Positions 9,971 through 20,764 are shown, counted from the stretch's first letter. The stretch is DNA of 53,771 bases from Nitrospira japonica (GCA_020725385.1 DYFC01000033.1:1-53771), one strand, 5' to 3'. The notes: generated by a model from the letters alone, not told the origin. Numbers and translations: made by a program.

Positions 9971-12333
9971 TACCATACAATTCTTTCGAAACACTTGAAT
10001 TCAACAAAGTTCTCAATTTAATTTTTAATTTTGCCAATAGTGAATCAACAAAAAAATCAATATTATCAATTCAACCTTTCTCGGATAAAGATCAAATAGA
10101 GAAAAAACAACGTGAAATTTCAGAAATAAGGAAAATGTCCCATGAAGGGAAAGCAATTGCATTATCCTCTTTCCAGGACATAACACAAATTCTTTTAAAA
10201 GTTAAACCTGAAGGTTCTGTTCTTGAAGCTCGGGAACTTGCTTTATTTATTCCTTTATTTGATATAGGTTATTCAATTTACTTCCAGCTCAAAGACAGAT
10301 TTGATTTGCCGAATCTCCGGGCAATTACATCAAATCTCACCGGGTTTCCAAATATATTAAAGGTACTCCTAAAATCTATTGATAGTGAAGGAAATATACT
10401 CGATGGCGCATCACAATTGCTTTCTGAATTAAGGGCAAAAATTAGGAAGCTTGAGCAAAAGATAAGAAAACAACTCGAAGAAATTGTAAGAGATGAAAAA
10501 GTCGCTTCATTGCTTCAGGATGATTTTATAACTATAAGATCAGGCAGATGGGTAATACCTGTAAGAATGGATTCAAAAGGAATGGTGCCCGGAGTTGTTC
10601 ATGATGTATCAAAATCAGGGGAAACAGCTTTTATTGAGCCACTTGCAATTATTCATCTCTCAAATGAGATCGAAAATCTTATTGCTGAACAGAAAGCTGA
10701 AGAAATAAGAATTCTCAGGAATATCTCCTCAATGATCAGGAAGGAAATTAACGAGATTGAAGAAGAATTCAATACTATTGTCTATCTCGATACCCTTAAT
10801 TGCATCGCTAAGTTTTCAGATTTATTAGATATGCAGAATCCGTCTATTAATACATCTGTATTCATAAATTTGATAGATGCACGTCATCCTTTACTCCAGA
10901 TTTCCTATCAAAAACAGAGTCCTGATAAAAGAATTGTTCCTCTTAATGTACAACTTGGCGGGGACAACACAATAATGGTAATAACAGGAGCAAATGCAGG
11001 AGGCAAAACTATTGCAATAAAAACGATTGGATTAATTGTTCTCATGGCACTGTCCGGAATGCCCATACCCGCGAGTTCCACATCAAATATTCCTTTAATT
11101 GAAAATTTACTCGTTGATATAGGAGATGAACAATCAATCGAAACTAACCTTTCAACCTTTTCAGCTCATATTTCAAATCTTTCTAATATTATTAAAGAAA
11201 CGACTTCCAATACAATCGTTTTGATAGATGAACTCGGAACTGGAACAGATCCTGAAGAAGGCTCTGCAATTTCCTGCGCTATTTTAAAAGAACTAAGAGA
11301 GAAAAGATCCCTTGTCTTTACAACAACACATCTTGCTGAGATAAAGGGTTTTGTTCATATGACTGAAGGAATGCTCAATGCTTCAATGGAATTTGACAGT
11401 AAAACTTTTACACCTTTGTATAGATTACGTATCGGAGAACCCGGGCAATCCCATGCAATTGAAATAGCAAGAAGATATGGATTACCTGATACAGTTATTA
11501 ATAGGGCAAAAAGTATGCTCGGAAGCATGAGAATTGAGTTTGACAGACTTATATCAGAATTAAATGAAAAAAGATATATGTATGAAAATTTACTCATTGA
11601 GATTGAGGAAGAAAAGAAACAGCTCGAAATCGAAAAAAGAGAAATAGATAATAAAATAAAAGATATTGAAGTAAGAAATAAAGAAATACTCCGAGAGGCT
11701 TATAAAAAATCATCGGAGATAATATCTGATATTAAAAGACAGATGAACTCTTTTCTTGATGAGTTAAAGAAAAAGGGCAAAGCAGAAGCTCGCAAAATAA
11801 TCAAAGAAGCAGAAGATATTCAAAAATATGTTGAAGAAAAGATTATTGAATATTCAGAAGAAGATGAAATCCCTCCTATAATAGAAGAACTCAAAAAAGG
11901 TGACAAAATTTATGTGAAATCTCTCAAACAGGATGCATTAATAGACGAAATAAACCTAAAATCTAAACGTTTAAAGGTTATTGTTGGAAATTTAGAAATT
12001 GAAGTTCCTTTTTCTGACATAAAGCTCTTTAAAGATTACGAAGTAAAAAAATTACAACCTGCTTTAAATTTACCTTCAACAGAAGAAATGCTTCCTCATA
12101 GCATTAATGTAGCCGGGTTAAGAGTTGATGAAGCTATTCCTGAAATTGAAAAATTACTTAATCATGCATCGTTGGCTGATATGCATGAAATAACAGTAAT
12201 CCATGGTATCGGAAAAGGCATTCTCATGAAAGCAATACATGAATATCTTACAGGACATCCACTAGTAAAAAATTTCAGAAGTGCTAATCAGGACGAAGGT
12301 GGCAAAGCAAAAACCATAATTGTATTGAAATGA
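9967..12333 (+). CDS. mutS2: Endonuclease MutS2
   Basis: ITGANAGGKT, DIGDEQSI..LSTFS, DELGTGTDP, TTTH, C-terminal Smr domain IHGIGKG. Confidence 0.95.
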   Translation: MIPYNSFETLEFNKVLNLIFNFANSESTKKSILSIQPFSDKDQIEKKQREISEIRKMSHEGKAIALSSFQDITQILLKVKPEGSVLEARELALFIPLFDIGYSIYFQLKDRFDLPNLRAITSNLTGFPNILKVLLKSIDSEGNILDGASQLLSELRAKIRKLEQKIRKQLEEIVRDEKVASLLQDDFITIRSGRWVIPVRMDSKGMVPGVVHDVSKSGETAFIEPLAIIHLSNEIENLIAEQKAEEIRILRNISSMIRKEINEIEEEFNTIVYLDTLNCIAKFSDLLDMQNPSINTSVFINLIDARHPLLQISYQKQSPDKRIVPLNVQLGGDNTIMVITGANAGGKTIAIKTIGLIVLMALSGMPIPASSTSNIPLIENLLVDIGDEQSIETNLSTFSAHISNLSNIIKETTSNTIVLIDELGTGTDPEEGSAISCAILKELREKRSLVFTTTHLAEIKGFVHMTEGMLNASMEFDSKTFTPLYRLRIGEPGQSHAIEIARRYGLPDTVINRAKSMLGSMRIEFDRLISELNEKRYMYENLLIEIEEEKKQLEIEKREIDNKIKDIEVRNKEILREAYKKSSEIISDIKRQMNSFLDELKKKGKAEARKIIKEAEDIQKYVEEKIIEYSEEDEIPPIIEELKKGDKIYVKSLKQDALIDEINLKSKRLKVIVGNLEIEVPFSDIKLFKDYEVKKLQPALNLPSTEEMLPHSINVAGLRVDEAIPEIEKLLNHASLADMHEITVIHGIGKGILMKAIHEYLTGHPLVKNFRSANQDEGGKAKTIIVLK

Positions 12334-12370
12334 CAAAATATATACTTTTATTAAGAAACTTCTTCATGCT

Positions 12371-12580
12371 TTACCTTATTATTACTTCAATGTCAGGTAG
12401 TTTTTCTTTAATGGCGCTTTCGATGCAGCGATTGTCACAGTTAATACACGGACCTACACAATTTATTACAACCTTTTTATCATCTGCCTCCACAAGTTCT
12501 GCGCAGCTGTCGTGAGCAGACAAAATACAGGATAAACCATCGAGTATTTCTTTGACCTTTTTCTCTGTTATATTTTCCAT
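12371..12580 (-). CDS. Small NifU/Nfu-like Cys-rich protein
   Basis: LSAHDSCAELV..VVINCVGPCINC..IESAIKEKLPDI resembles the Nfu domain; extended -10 upstream. Confidence 0.7.
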   Translation of the reverse strand: MENITEKKVKEILDGLSCILSAHDSCAELVEADDKKVVINCVGPCINCDNRCIESAIKEKLPDIEVIIR

Positions 12581-12650
12581 TTACTTATCATACCAAAAAT
12601 TTTGTTATTCTTGAATTGACTTCAATGGCTTTTTTCAGTTATTGTCAAAA

Positions 12651-12902
12651 ATGATAATTTCAAATAAATTAACAGCTATACTAATATTGTTTATATTTAC
12701 TCTTTTTATTAATATGCCTTTTGGTTATGCACGTTCGAAATCAAGGAAATATTCTTTCCGATGGTTTTTATATATTCATATTCCTATACCTTTAATTTTT
12801 ATGATAAGAATACTTTCTCATATTGATTATATATATATTCCATTATTTATTCTTGCAGCTCTTTCCGGCCAAATTATCGGAGGAAAGTTTAATATCACAT
12901 AA
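12651..12902 (+). CDS. Small hypothetical membrane protein
   Basis: Three hydrophobic segments, NMPFGY.R..KYSFRWFLYIHIPIP; TAATG coupling to next gene. Confidence 0.7.
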   Translation: MIISNKLTAILILFIFTLFINMPFGYARSKSRKYSFRWFLYIHIPIPLIFMIRILSHIDYIYIPLFILAALSGQIIGGKFNIT

Positions 12903-13906
12903 TGCTTGCCTGTATTCTTAAAGAACCAAATAATATTGAAATTCAGGAGATACCTACACCCGAACCATCCAAGGGAGAAATTCTTGTAAAAATCAAAGCA
13001 GCTTTGACATGTGGAACAGATCTCAAAGCTTTTAAAAGAGGCCATATATTGATTCCGATGCCAGGTGTTTTTGGTCATGAATTTTCAGGAATAGTAGCTA
13101 AAATTGGCAAAGGCGTAAAAAAATTTAAAGAAGGCGACAAAATTATGGCTGTACATAGCGCACCATGCCTTTCCTGTTCATATTGTCAGAAAAAAGCTTT
13201 TAATCTTTGCGAAAATATTATGAAAACAAAAGTTCTTGGCGCTTTTGCTGAATATATTGTTTTACCATATCACCTCGTTAAACAGAATGTTTTTAAAAAA
13301 CCTGAAAATCTTTCTTTTGAAGAAGCTGCTTTTCTTGAACCATTATCGTGTGTTGTTCATGGAATGTCAACCTTAAATATAAAAAAGAATGATAAAGCTT
13401 TAATAATAGGCGGGGGTCCCATTGGCCTGCTTCATCTTGTACTTTTAAAATCAAAGAGTCTTAATGTGGCTTTGATAGACAAACATCAGGATAAATTAAA
13501 TATTGCAAAAAAACTTGGAGCAGATTCTACATATAAAGCAGATTATTTTACAACATTACTAAATTATTCAGAATTTGATTTTGTTTTTGAATGTACAGGA
13601 AGAAAAGAAGTCTGGGAATCTTCAATTAATTTAGTTCGTAGAGGTGGAACAATAGTTCTTTTCGGAGGCTGCAAATCTGGCACTGAAGTATGCTATGATG
13701 CATCAAGATTACATTATGATGAAATAACATTAAAAGGAGTTTTTCATTTTAATCCGTATGATGTTAAAAGAGCTTATGAATTTCTGTGCAATGGTAATAT
13801 AAACGTAACTCCTTTAATTTCAGGAAAATACAAACTGAAAAATATTAATAAAGCTTTTGAAAAATTATCTAAAGGAATTGGCATAAAATACGCAATTTTA
13901 CCCTAA
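12902..13906 (+). CDS. Zinc-dependent medium-chain dehydrogenase (sorbitol/threonine dehydrogenase-like)
   Basis: CGTD, GHE, structural-Zn CxxCxxC..C, GGGPIG Rossmann motif. Confidence 0.88.
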   Translation: MLACILKEPNNIEIQEIPTPEPSKGEILVKIKAALTCGTDLKAFKRGHILIPMPGVFGHEFSGIVAKIGKGVKKFKEGDKIMAVHSAPCLSCSYCQKKAFNLCENIMKTKVLGAFAEYIVLPYHLVKQNVFKKPENLSFEEAAFLEPLSCVVHGMSTLNIKKNDKALIIGGGPIGLLHLVLLKSKSLNVALIDKHQDKLNIAKKLGADSTYKADYFTTLLNYSEFDFVFECTGRKEVWESSINLVRRGGTIVLFGGCKSGTEVCYDASRLHYDEITLKGVFHFNPYDVKRAYEFLCNGNINVTPLISGKYKLKNINKAFEKLSKGIGIKYAILP

Positions 13907-13922
13907 AAAATAAAATTAAATT

Positions 13923-14105
13923 ATGAAAATTATTTGTCCGGTATGTAAAACTAAAACAACATGGGAAGAAAATCCGTGGAGGCCATTCTGCTCTGAAAAA
14001 TGCAAGTTAATTGATCTTGGGAAATGGGTTCTTGAGGAATATAGAATTGAAGGCAAATCTAAAGATGAAGAAGAAGATAGTATACCTGATTCAAGAAAAG
14101 ATTAA
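13923..14105 (+). CDS. yacG: DNA gyrase inhibitor YacG
   Basis: CPVC..NPWRPFCSEKCKLIDLGKW. Confidence 0.92.
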   Translation: MKIICPVCKTKTTWEENPWRPFCSEKCKLIDLGKWVLEEYRIEGKSKDEEEDSIPDSRKD

Positions 14106-14173
14106 TTATTGAAATATTTATTCTACAAAGTTATGATTACAAATATAATGATAAAACTAAAAAGGAGGGTGTC

Positions 14174-14986
14174 ATGGTCAGGATTGCAGTAGCAGGCGCA
14201 GCAGGAAGAATGGGTAGCAGGATTACTGCCCTTTCAAAAGAATATGAAGGTTTAAAATTATCAGGCGCTTTTGAGAGAAAAGGACATAAAGATATTGGTA
14301 AAGACATTGGCACAATAGTCGGTATAGGTGAAACAGGATTAAAACTTACAGATAATCTTGATGAACTTGTTAAGAATATAGATGTAATTATTTCATTTAC
14401 TTCTGTTGAAGCTTCCCTTGAACATTTAAAATTTGCATCAAGAAATGGGAAAGCAATAGTAATAGGGACCACAGGATTTGACAAAGATGCTTTAAAAGAA
14501 GTAAGTAAACTCACAAAAAAGGTACCCTGTGTAATGGCTTCTAATATGAGTATGGGAGTTAATTTACTTCTCAAGGTCTTACATGATATAGCAAGAGTTC
14601 TTGGTGATGGATATGATATAGAAATAATTGAAGCACACCATAAGATGAAAAAAGATGCTCCAAGCGGAACAGCTCTGAAAATGGCACAGGTTATAGCCTC
14701 AGCACTTAATAGAAATCTTGATAAAGTTGCTGTATATGCAAGACACGGAATTATTGGCGAAAGGAAACAAAAAGAAATAGGTATTCAGACTGTACGTGGA
14801 GGAGACATTGTTGGTGAACATACAGTGATGTTCTGTGGAATGGGTGAAAGAATTGAAGTTGTTCATAAAGTTTCAAGCCGCGATACTTTTGCAAGAGGTG
14901 CGTTAAGAGCAGCTCAATGGATATATGGCAAATCTGCCGGATTATATGATATGCAGGATGTCCTAGGGTTAAAAAATAATAAATAG
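14174..14986 (+). CDS. dapB: 4-hydroxy-tetrahydrodipicolinate reductase
   Basis: GAAGRMG, GTTG, EAHHKMKKDAPSGTA, RGGDIVGEH; SD AAGGAGG. Confidence 0.97.
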   Translation: MVRIAVAGAAGRMGSRITALSKEYEGLKLSGAFERKGHKDIGKDIGTIVGIGETGLKLTDNLDELVKNIDVIISFTSVEASLEHLKFASRNGKAIVIGTTGFDKDALKEVSKLTKKVPCVMASNMSMGVNLLLKVLHDIARVLGDGYDIEIIEAHHKMKKDAPSGTALKMAQVIASALNRNLDKVAVYARHGIIGERKQKEIGIQTVRGGDIVGEHTVMFCGMGERIEVVHKVSSRDTFARGALRAAQWIYGKSAGLYDMQDVLGLKNNK

Positions 14987-14994
14987 TAAAATAA

Positions 14995-15034
14995 AAGAAA
15001 GCAGGGTAGAATTTCTATTCTACCCTGCTTTCTT
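14995..15034. terminator. Bidirectional intrinsic terminator between convergent dapB and flgE
   Basis: Perfect 18-bp stem aagaaagcagggtagaat-ttct-attctaccctgctttctt. Confidence 0.85.
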
Positions 15035-15068
15035 AATTTGACCAAAATAATGTATTTTTGGTTTAACA

Positions 15069-16367
15069 CTACCTCTTTAGATTAACGAGTTCCTGCATAA
15101 GCTCATCTGTTGTTGTAATAATTCTTGAATTAGCCTGAAACCCTCTTTGAGCTGAAATCATTTTTACAAACTGCTCGGCAAGATCAACATTACTCAATTC
15201 AAGCGTATTAGATAATACCCTTCCAAGCCCGGATGTACTTGCAGCACCAACAATAGGCTGTCCCGAATCATAAGATTCGGCAAATAAATTTCTACCGAGT
15301 TTAGTTAACATATCCGGCGCTATGAATTTTGCCAGGGCAATCTGGCCAATTGCCCTGGTTTGACCGTTTGTGAAGATGCCTGTAATGACACCATCTGCTG
15401 AGATCTGCATATTCTTCAGACTACCCGCGGTGTAACCATTCTGGTTTAAACTCAGCACGGCAAAATCAGTCGCAAACTGTGTTGTACCATCAAGGCCTGT
15501 TCCCGGAGGTGTTTCTCCGGTACCTGTTCCATAATTGAATTGAATTGCCTGGGGCGATGTTACAGAAGTTCCAAAGTTAAAACTAATTCCAGCTCCCATA
15601 TTATCATTTATCAATGCTCCATTTACATCGAAAGTGAGTGCCTGGGTACCGGCTTCTATAAGTAAATTCGGATTTGCAGGATCAGCATGTACATAATGAA
15701 CAGTCCATGAATTTGCAGCAGTTTTCTCAAAGTAAAGTGTTACCTGATGTGCACCACCCTGTGAGTCATAAACTGTAATCGTTGATGAAAAGTTATAATT
15801 TGTCGGATCATCATTTACAGTATCACCATTGCCATCAAGTGTAAAAGCAACTGTCTGAATTTCAGAGGTTGAATCAAGGTTTAACGCAATATCAGCTGTT
15901 GACGTAACTTTTGCAACACTCTGGACATTAGCTATATTTAAACTGCCAACAGTCCCTGTTATATTACCGGATTCATCAGCAAGATAACCCTGAAGCACAA
16001 GACCATCAGGGTTTATGATATAACCTTCCTTACTTATAGAAAATTGTCCTGCTCTTGTATAATAACTCGCATTTCCATCGTTCACTATAAACATTCCGTC
16101 ACCATCAACTGCAAGATCAAGCACACTTTCAGTTGTCTCAAATGAGCCCTGTGTAAATAGTGGTGATACTCCGCTTACGAGCACTCCCCTTCCAACCTGC
16201 GATGAACCAGCAATGCCTGTAAGAGTCTGGCTTAAAACATCACCAAAAGCCACCCTGCTTGCTTTATAACCTATGGTATTCATATTAGCAATATTATCAC
16301 TGATAACAGATAGACTTGTTCCACTTGCACTCAATCCGCTTATTGCTGTATAAAGTGATGTAATCAT
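15069..16367 (-). CDS. flgE: Flagellar hook protein
   Basis: SLYTAISGL..NIANMNT.GYK, YTRAGQF, LELSNVDLA..QRGFQANSR. Confidence 0.95.
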   Translation of the reverse strand: MITSLYTAISGLSASGTSLSVISDNIANMNTIGYKASRVAFGDVLSQTLTGIAGSSQVGRGVLVSGVSPLFTQGSFETTESVLDLAVDGDGMFIVNDGNASYYTRAGQFSISKEGYIINPDGLVLQGYLADESGNITGTVGSLNIANVQSVAKVTSTADIALNLDSTSEIQTVAFTLDGNGDTVNDDPTNYNFSSTITVYDSQGGAHQVTLYFEKTAANSWTVHYVHADPANPNLLIEAGTQALTFDVNGALINDNMGAGISFNFGTSVTSPQAIQFNYGTGTGETPPGTGLDGTTQFATDFAVLSLNQNGYTAGSLKNMQISADGVITGIFTNGQTRAIGQIALAKFIAPDMLTKLGRNLFAESYDSGQPIVGAASTSGLGRVLSNTLELSNVDLAEQFVKMISAQRGFQANSRIITTTDELMQELVNLKR

Positions 16368-16385
16368 TTTTATACTCCTTTCTGT

Positions 16386-16751
16386 TTAACTTATTTCTTT
16401 TATATCACTAAGTCTTATTTTTGTTTTTCCGTCAATAACTAAAAAAGTCAAATTATTTTCAAAAGTAATTCCTGTAACTGTACCGTTTCCTTCCTGTTCT
16501 CCTCCATATCTTACATTTCTTCCTATAAAAGACGCTGTAAGAGTATTATGGAGTGAGTTCTGAAAGATTAATAGATCCTTCATCTGGGTATTAATATTGG
16601 TTAATTGTTCCAAGGATGAGAATTGTGCAAGCTGTGATGCAAACTCTGTATTATCCATAGGATTTAAAGGGTTCTGATATTGCATCTGCTTAACAAATAG
16701 CCTTAGAAAATCATCTTTTCCGAGTATATTCTGTGTAGCTGAAACACTCAT
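16386..16751 (-). CDS. flgD: Flagellar hook capping protein (short form)
   Basis: LGKDDFLRL..QNPLNPMDN..QLAQFSSLEQL. Confidence 0.92.
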   Translation of the reverse strand: MSVSATQNILGKDDFLRLFVKQMQYQNPLNPMDNTEFASQLAQFSSLEQLTNINTQMKDLLIFQNSLHNTLTASFIGRNVRYGGEQEGNGTVTGITFENNLTFLVIDGKTKIRLSDIKEIS

Positions 16752-16765
16752 AAATAACCTCCAGA

Positions 16766-18307
16766 TTAAACGAAAATATTAATAATATATTTGCCTGACG
16801 AAATGACAGGCATATCAGTTCTTTCTTTTGAATCATTAAAAGATCTTAAGTCATTAGAATATTCCAAAGATTCGCCTTTTTTCTCTTTCAGATTTATTGA
16901 AAAGCTTCCGATATTTATACCTTCATCTAAAAGCACTTTGACAATATCATTTATGTTTTTATTAATAATATCCCTACCTGCTATCTCAAATGCATCAACT
17001 TTTGCATGAACCATCCCGTTATCAAGAGTTAAATGAATATTGAGTTTACCGATTCCTTCGGGCTTTAATGATATTTCAATAAAATTACTCTCTTTCCTTG
17101 TGATTACAAATGAATCTTTGACTATATTTGGAATCTCAGGTGTATCGGGTTTTTTCTCAATTGTTTTTGTTTTATCCGAATTAACAATTGTATTATTTAA
17201 ATCGTGCAATTTGTTTTCACATTCAATCCTCGGTTTTATTTCTTTATTCTTATCATTTTCAAAGTTAATTGACTCACACTTTATTTCATCTTTTTCATAT
17301 AGACTTAAATTTTTATCCAATGATATTTTGCCTTCATCTGGTTCAAATTTAGTTAAATTATCCTCACTAAATATACTGTCTTTTTGTAGAATTTCTGTTT
17401 CTTTCTCTTTTAAATTAGTGAATTTATTGTAGGTATTTTGCTTATCATCCGAATTTTTTATAATTATAGTCTGTGTTGTGTTATGTCCATCAGCTGATGT
17501 AGCTTTGTTTTTAAATAATTCAGGAGATAATTCAGTGTTTTTATCAGATCCTACATATTTGTAGTTATCCATTAAAACATAAAGTTTTTCTTCCCGTGGA
17601 ATTTCTTTTAAATTTTTTATTAAGCATGTTATCTCATTTGTAGAATCTGGGAAAACAGGTTCATTAATATTTAGTATTGGGGAAATATTAGATAACGAGA
17701 TATTTTCGAAATTTATGGAATCACTTTTATAAATACTTTCTCCAGTTAATACATTGTTATTAATATTTTCAATGAAACAAGTATTATTAATGGTATTATT
17801 CCCGGTATCTCTATTAATATTTACTTTCTTACTATTTATTTCATCTGAATATGTAGAAATTTTTTCGATAATACCATTTTCTCTGTCAGATTCAATTATA
17901 GAAATAGTGTTTATTCCATTAAATATATTTTCTAATAATAAATTTTTAGTTAAAAAATTATTGTTATCATTATTCTTACTTTCAGTCTGGTTATCTTTTA
18001 ACTTTAAGGTTGGTTTTTTACCTAAATTATTATCTTCAGAAGAATAAATAAATAAATTGGAAGTTTTATTAATATCTTTAGAATTACTTTCATTAAGTTC
18101 TTTCTCTATAGCCATGATATCTTTTGTAGATTCTTGATTACTAATATTCTGACATGGTACTAATAAAGATGATACGTCTTTGATTACATCGCTCAAATAA
18201 AAACTGAAAGTGCTGTCACCATAGTTATCCACTTTAGTGACACTGTTGGAAATATCCATAGGATGTGCTTTTTGCATTTCAATTTGTATAGGAGTTGTAA
18301 AATCCAT
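16766..18307 (-). CDS. fliK: Flagellar hook-length control protein
   Basis: Low-complexity N-region, C-terminal ISLKPEGIGKL T3S4-like domain; position upstream of flgD. Confidence 0.8.
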   Translation of the reverse strand: MDFTTPIQIEMQKAHPMDISNSVTKVDNYGDSTFSFYLSDVIKDVSSLLVPCQNISNQESTKDIMAIEKELNESNSKDINKTSNLFIYSSEDNNLGKKPTLKLKDNQTESKNNDNNNFLTKNLLLENIFNGINTISIIESDRENGIIEKISTYSDEINSKKVNINRDTGNNTINNTCFIENINNNVLTGESIYKSDSINFENISLSNISPILNINEPVFPDSTNEITCLIKNLKEIPREEKLYVLMDNYKYVGSDKNTELSPELFKNKATSADGHNTTQTIIIKNSDDKQNTYNKFTNLKEKETEILQKDSIFSEDNLTKFEPDEGKISLDKNLSLYEKDEIKCESINFENDKNKEIKPRIECENKLHDLNNTIVNSDKTKTIEKKPDTPEIPNIVKDSFVITRKESNFIEISLKPEGIGKLNIHLTLDNGMVHAKVDAFEIAGRDIINKNINDIVKVLLDEGINIGSFSINLKEKKGESLEYSNDLRSFNDSKERTDMPVISSGKYIINIFV

Positions 18308-18318
18308 GCCAATATATA

Positions 18319-18334
18319 ATCAATTAATATACCA
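18319..18334 (-). promoter_or_regulatory. Degenerate sigma54 -24/-12 promoter for fliK-flgDE
   Basis: TGGTAT-ATTAA-TTGAT; same spacing to the ATG as the site at 29455. Confidence 0.55.
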
Positions 18335-18507
18335 GCCTGAAAAGAGAAGAAGAATTTTTTTGATAACTGCTTATTAGTATTTTTATTTTCTTTTTATTTC
18401 AATATGTTATTGAATTATATTAAACTGTTTATTTAAGATTAAACTTTTATTAAAAAATAACAGCATTCATTATAGCTGGTAAATCTGACAAAAAGGAGGA
18501 AATATTT

Positions 18508-19002
18508 TCAGTTAGCAGGAATTTTTTTCTCTAATCTTCTAATATTATTTGTGATTGAGACAACTTTTTGGGGTTCCATTGCAGCCATTATTGCAGCTGC
18601 TTTTTTGGGTTTCATTCTGCGAATTATTTCGGTGGCAGTATCATCATCAACAATATTCAATTTTGCTGCAGCATCCTCTGAAGGCATGCCTTCATAAACT
18701 TTAACAATATAATCAAGTTTTTCATTCTGTATTTTTTCGAGTCTTTTTAATTTCGAGTCTATTTCTGCGAGAATTTTTGAGTATTTTTCTATTTTTTCTT
18801 CAACATCTTTTTTAATAGAATCAAGTTTTTTTTCTTCCTGTGCTAAAAAATCCTCTTTAGCTTTCAGTTCCTTCTGTTTTGTTTCTATATACTTAATCAT
18901 ATCATCCTGGGCAAATAATGAAGTGTTGAAAATCGCAAAGAAAAAGATTAACAAAATTAGAGAGTTAGTAACAGATATTTCCATTTTTCTTATTTTTAAC
19001 AT
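18508..19002 (-). CDS. MotE/YlxF-like (MgtE-N-like) flagellar protein
   Basis: Signal/TM, coiled coil, VYEGMPSEDAA..MKPKKAAAIMAAMEP; follows fliJ. Confidence 0.8.
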   Translation of the reverse strand: MLKIRKMEISVTNSLILLIFFFAIFNTSLFAQDDMIKYIETKQKELKAKEDFLAQEEKKLDSIKKDVEEKIEKYSKILAEIDSKLKRLEKIQNEKLDYIVKVYEGMPSEDAAAKLNIVDDDTATEIIRRMKPKKAAAIMAAMEPQKVVSITNNIRRLEKKIPAN

Positions 19003-19442
19003 TTATTCCTCAAACTTCTTGAGATAAAATTATAATCAGCTTCTTTCTGCTCTGCCTGTAATAAATGTCTGTTTTCGTCATTCAAAATTTTATCTCTAAG
19101 TTTCTCAACAACACGTCTTTCTTTATAAACTTCGAATATTTCTGCTTTCTTTAGTTCAAGTTCGGCAGCAACTCTAAAAACAACACTTTTTTGTTCTTCA
19201 ATTTTACGATTCAGAAATGTAAGATAATCATAGTATATTGATATTTCTGAAACATTCATTGGTTCTCTACTGCGAAAGGAATTCAGTTTTGAATCTGTTT
19301 TTTTGAACATTCTTTCAAGATGCTCGAGTTTTTCTTTTTCCATATTCAACACATCATAAGTATGTTTCAATTCGGATTCAATCTGTTCTTGTTTAAACTC
19401 TTTAAGTTCAATAACCTTTGTTAATGTTTTTTTCTTCGTCAT
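18996..19442 (-). CDS. fliJ: Flagellar export protein FliJ
   Basis: Coiled coil, EKLRDK..EQKEAD; directly after fliI. Confidence 0.85.
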   Translation of the reverse strand: MTKKKTLTKVIELKEFKQEQIESELKHTYDVLNMEKEKLEHLERMFKKTDSKLNSFRSREPMNVSEISIYYDYLTFLNRKIEEQKSVVFRVAAELELKKAEIFEVYKERRVVEKLRDKILNDENRHLLQAEQKEADYNFISRSLRNKC

Positions 19443-20764
19443 CTTTTCTCATCCCTTTCGTCAAATAACATATAAAGTCCTTGTAGTGCATCTGCCATAT
19501 CTCTCTTCTCATGAATGCCCTGACAGAGATATTTTTTTAATCTGTCTATTATATTAATTGCATAATCAACCTTAGGATTTGTTCCTTCTTTATATGCACC
19601 AAGATTAATCATATCCTCAAATCTCTTATAAGTTGCCATAGTTTCCATAAATTTTGATGCAAATTCCCTATGCCTTTCATCAGTTATATCAGGCATCAAT
19701 CTACTTATACTTCTCATAATATCTATTGATGGATAATGGTTTTCCATAGCTAATTCTCTTGAAAGAACAATATGACCGTCCAAAACAGCCTTTGCAGAAT
19801 CTGCTACTGGGTCAGAATGGTCATCACCTTCAACAAGCACAGTATATATTCCGGTAATGCTTCCTGAACTTTCGGATGTTCCAACCCTCTCGAGTAATTT
19901 AGGGAGCAAAGCAAAAACAGATGGAGTATAACCTTTTGCAGTAGGAGGTTCTCCAATAGCAAGTCCAATTTCACGCTGTGCCTGCGCAACTCTTGTCAAA
20001 GAATCCATCAGTAAAAGAACATCTTCACCTTTTTCTCTAAAATACTCTGCAATTGCTGTCGCTGCAATTGCAGCTCTTACCTTTGCAAGCGGAGACTGTT
20101 CCGATGTAGAAACTACCACAACTGATTTTTCAAGTCCCTCTTTCCCCAAATCCTTTTCTATAAACTCTCTTACTTCCCTTCCGCGTTCGCCCACCATTGC
20201 AATTACATTTACAGATGCTTCTGTATATTTTGCAATCATTCCAAGAAGTACGCTTTTGCCAACACCCGGACCCGAGAAGATACCAAGTCTCTGTCCTTTC
20301 CCGCATGTAAGAAGTCCATTAATTGCTCTTATACCGAGATCCAGAGGTTCGTTAATTCTTTTTCTTTTTAAAGGATTTGGAGTACCACAAAATAGAGGGT
20401 AATCAACACCTTGAATTGGTCCTCTGCCATCAAGCGGTTCGCAAATTCCATTTATCACGCGTCCTTTCAAAAAAGGTGATACTTTAATTGAAATTTTTCT
20501 TCCGAGTTGCTGAACTCTACTTCCCGGTCTAATTCCTTCGGTTTCACCTATTGCCATAAGCATAATTTTGTCATCTCTAAATCCAACTATATCCGCATTT
20601 AATAATGTTCCGTTATCGGTATAAATTCTGCATGACTCTCCAACCGAAGCTTTTATTCCGGTAGCTTTAACAATTAAACCTGTAATTTCAGATACTCTTC
20701 CGTAAACCTTCATCGGCTCTACATTTTTCAATATGTTAATATATGGTGACAAATCAATTTCCAT
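19439..20764 (-). CDS. fliI: Flagellar export ATPase
   Basis: GQRLGIFSGPGVGKS, GERGREV, DSLTR, LDGHIVLSR. Confidence 0.96.
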   Translation of the reverse strand: MEIDLSPYINILKNVEPMKVYGRVSEITGLIVKATGIKASVGESCRIYTDNGTLLNADIVGFRDDKIMLMAIGETEGIRPGSRVQQLGRKISIKVSPFLKGRVINGICEPLDGRGPIQGVDYPLFCGTPNPLKRKRINEPLDLGIRAINGLLTCGKGQRLGIFSGPGVGKSVLLGMIAKYTEASVNVIAMVGERGREVREFIEKDLGKEGLEKSVVVVSTSEQSPLAKVRAAIAATAIAEYFREKGEDVLLLMDSLTRVAQAQREIGLAIGEPPTAKGYTPSVFALLPKLLERVGTSESSGSITGIYTVLVEGDDHSDPVADSAKAVLDGHIVLSRELAMENHYPSIDIMRSISRLMPDITDERHREFASKFMETMATYKRFEDMINLGAYKEGTNPKVDYAINIIDRLKKYLCQGIHEKRDMADALQGLYMLFDERDEKR

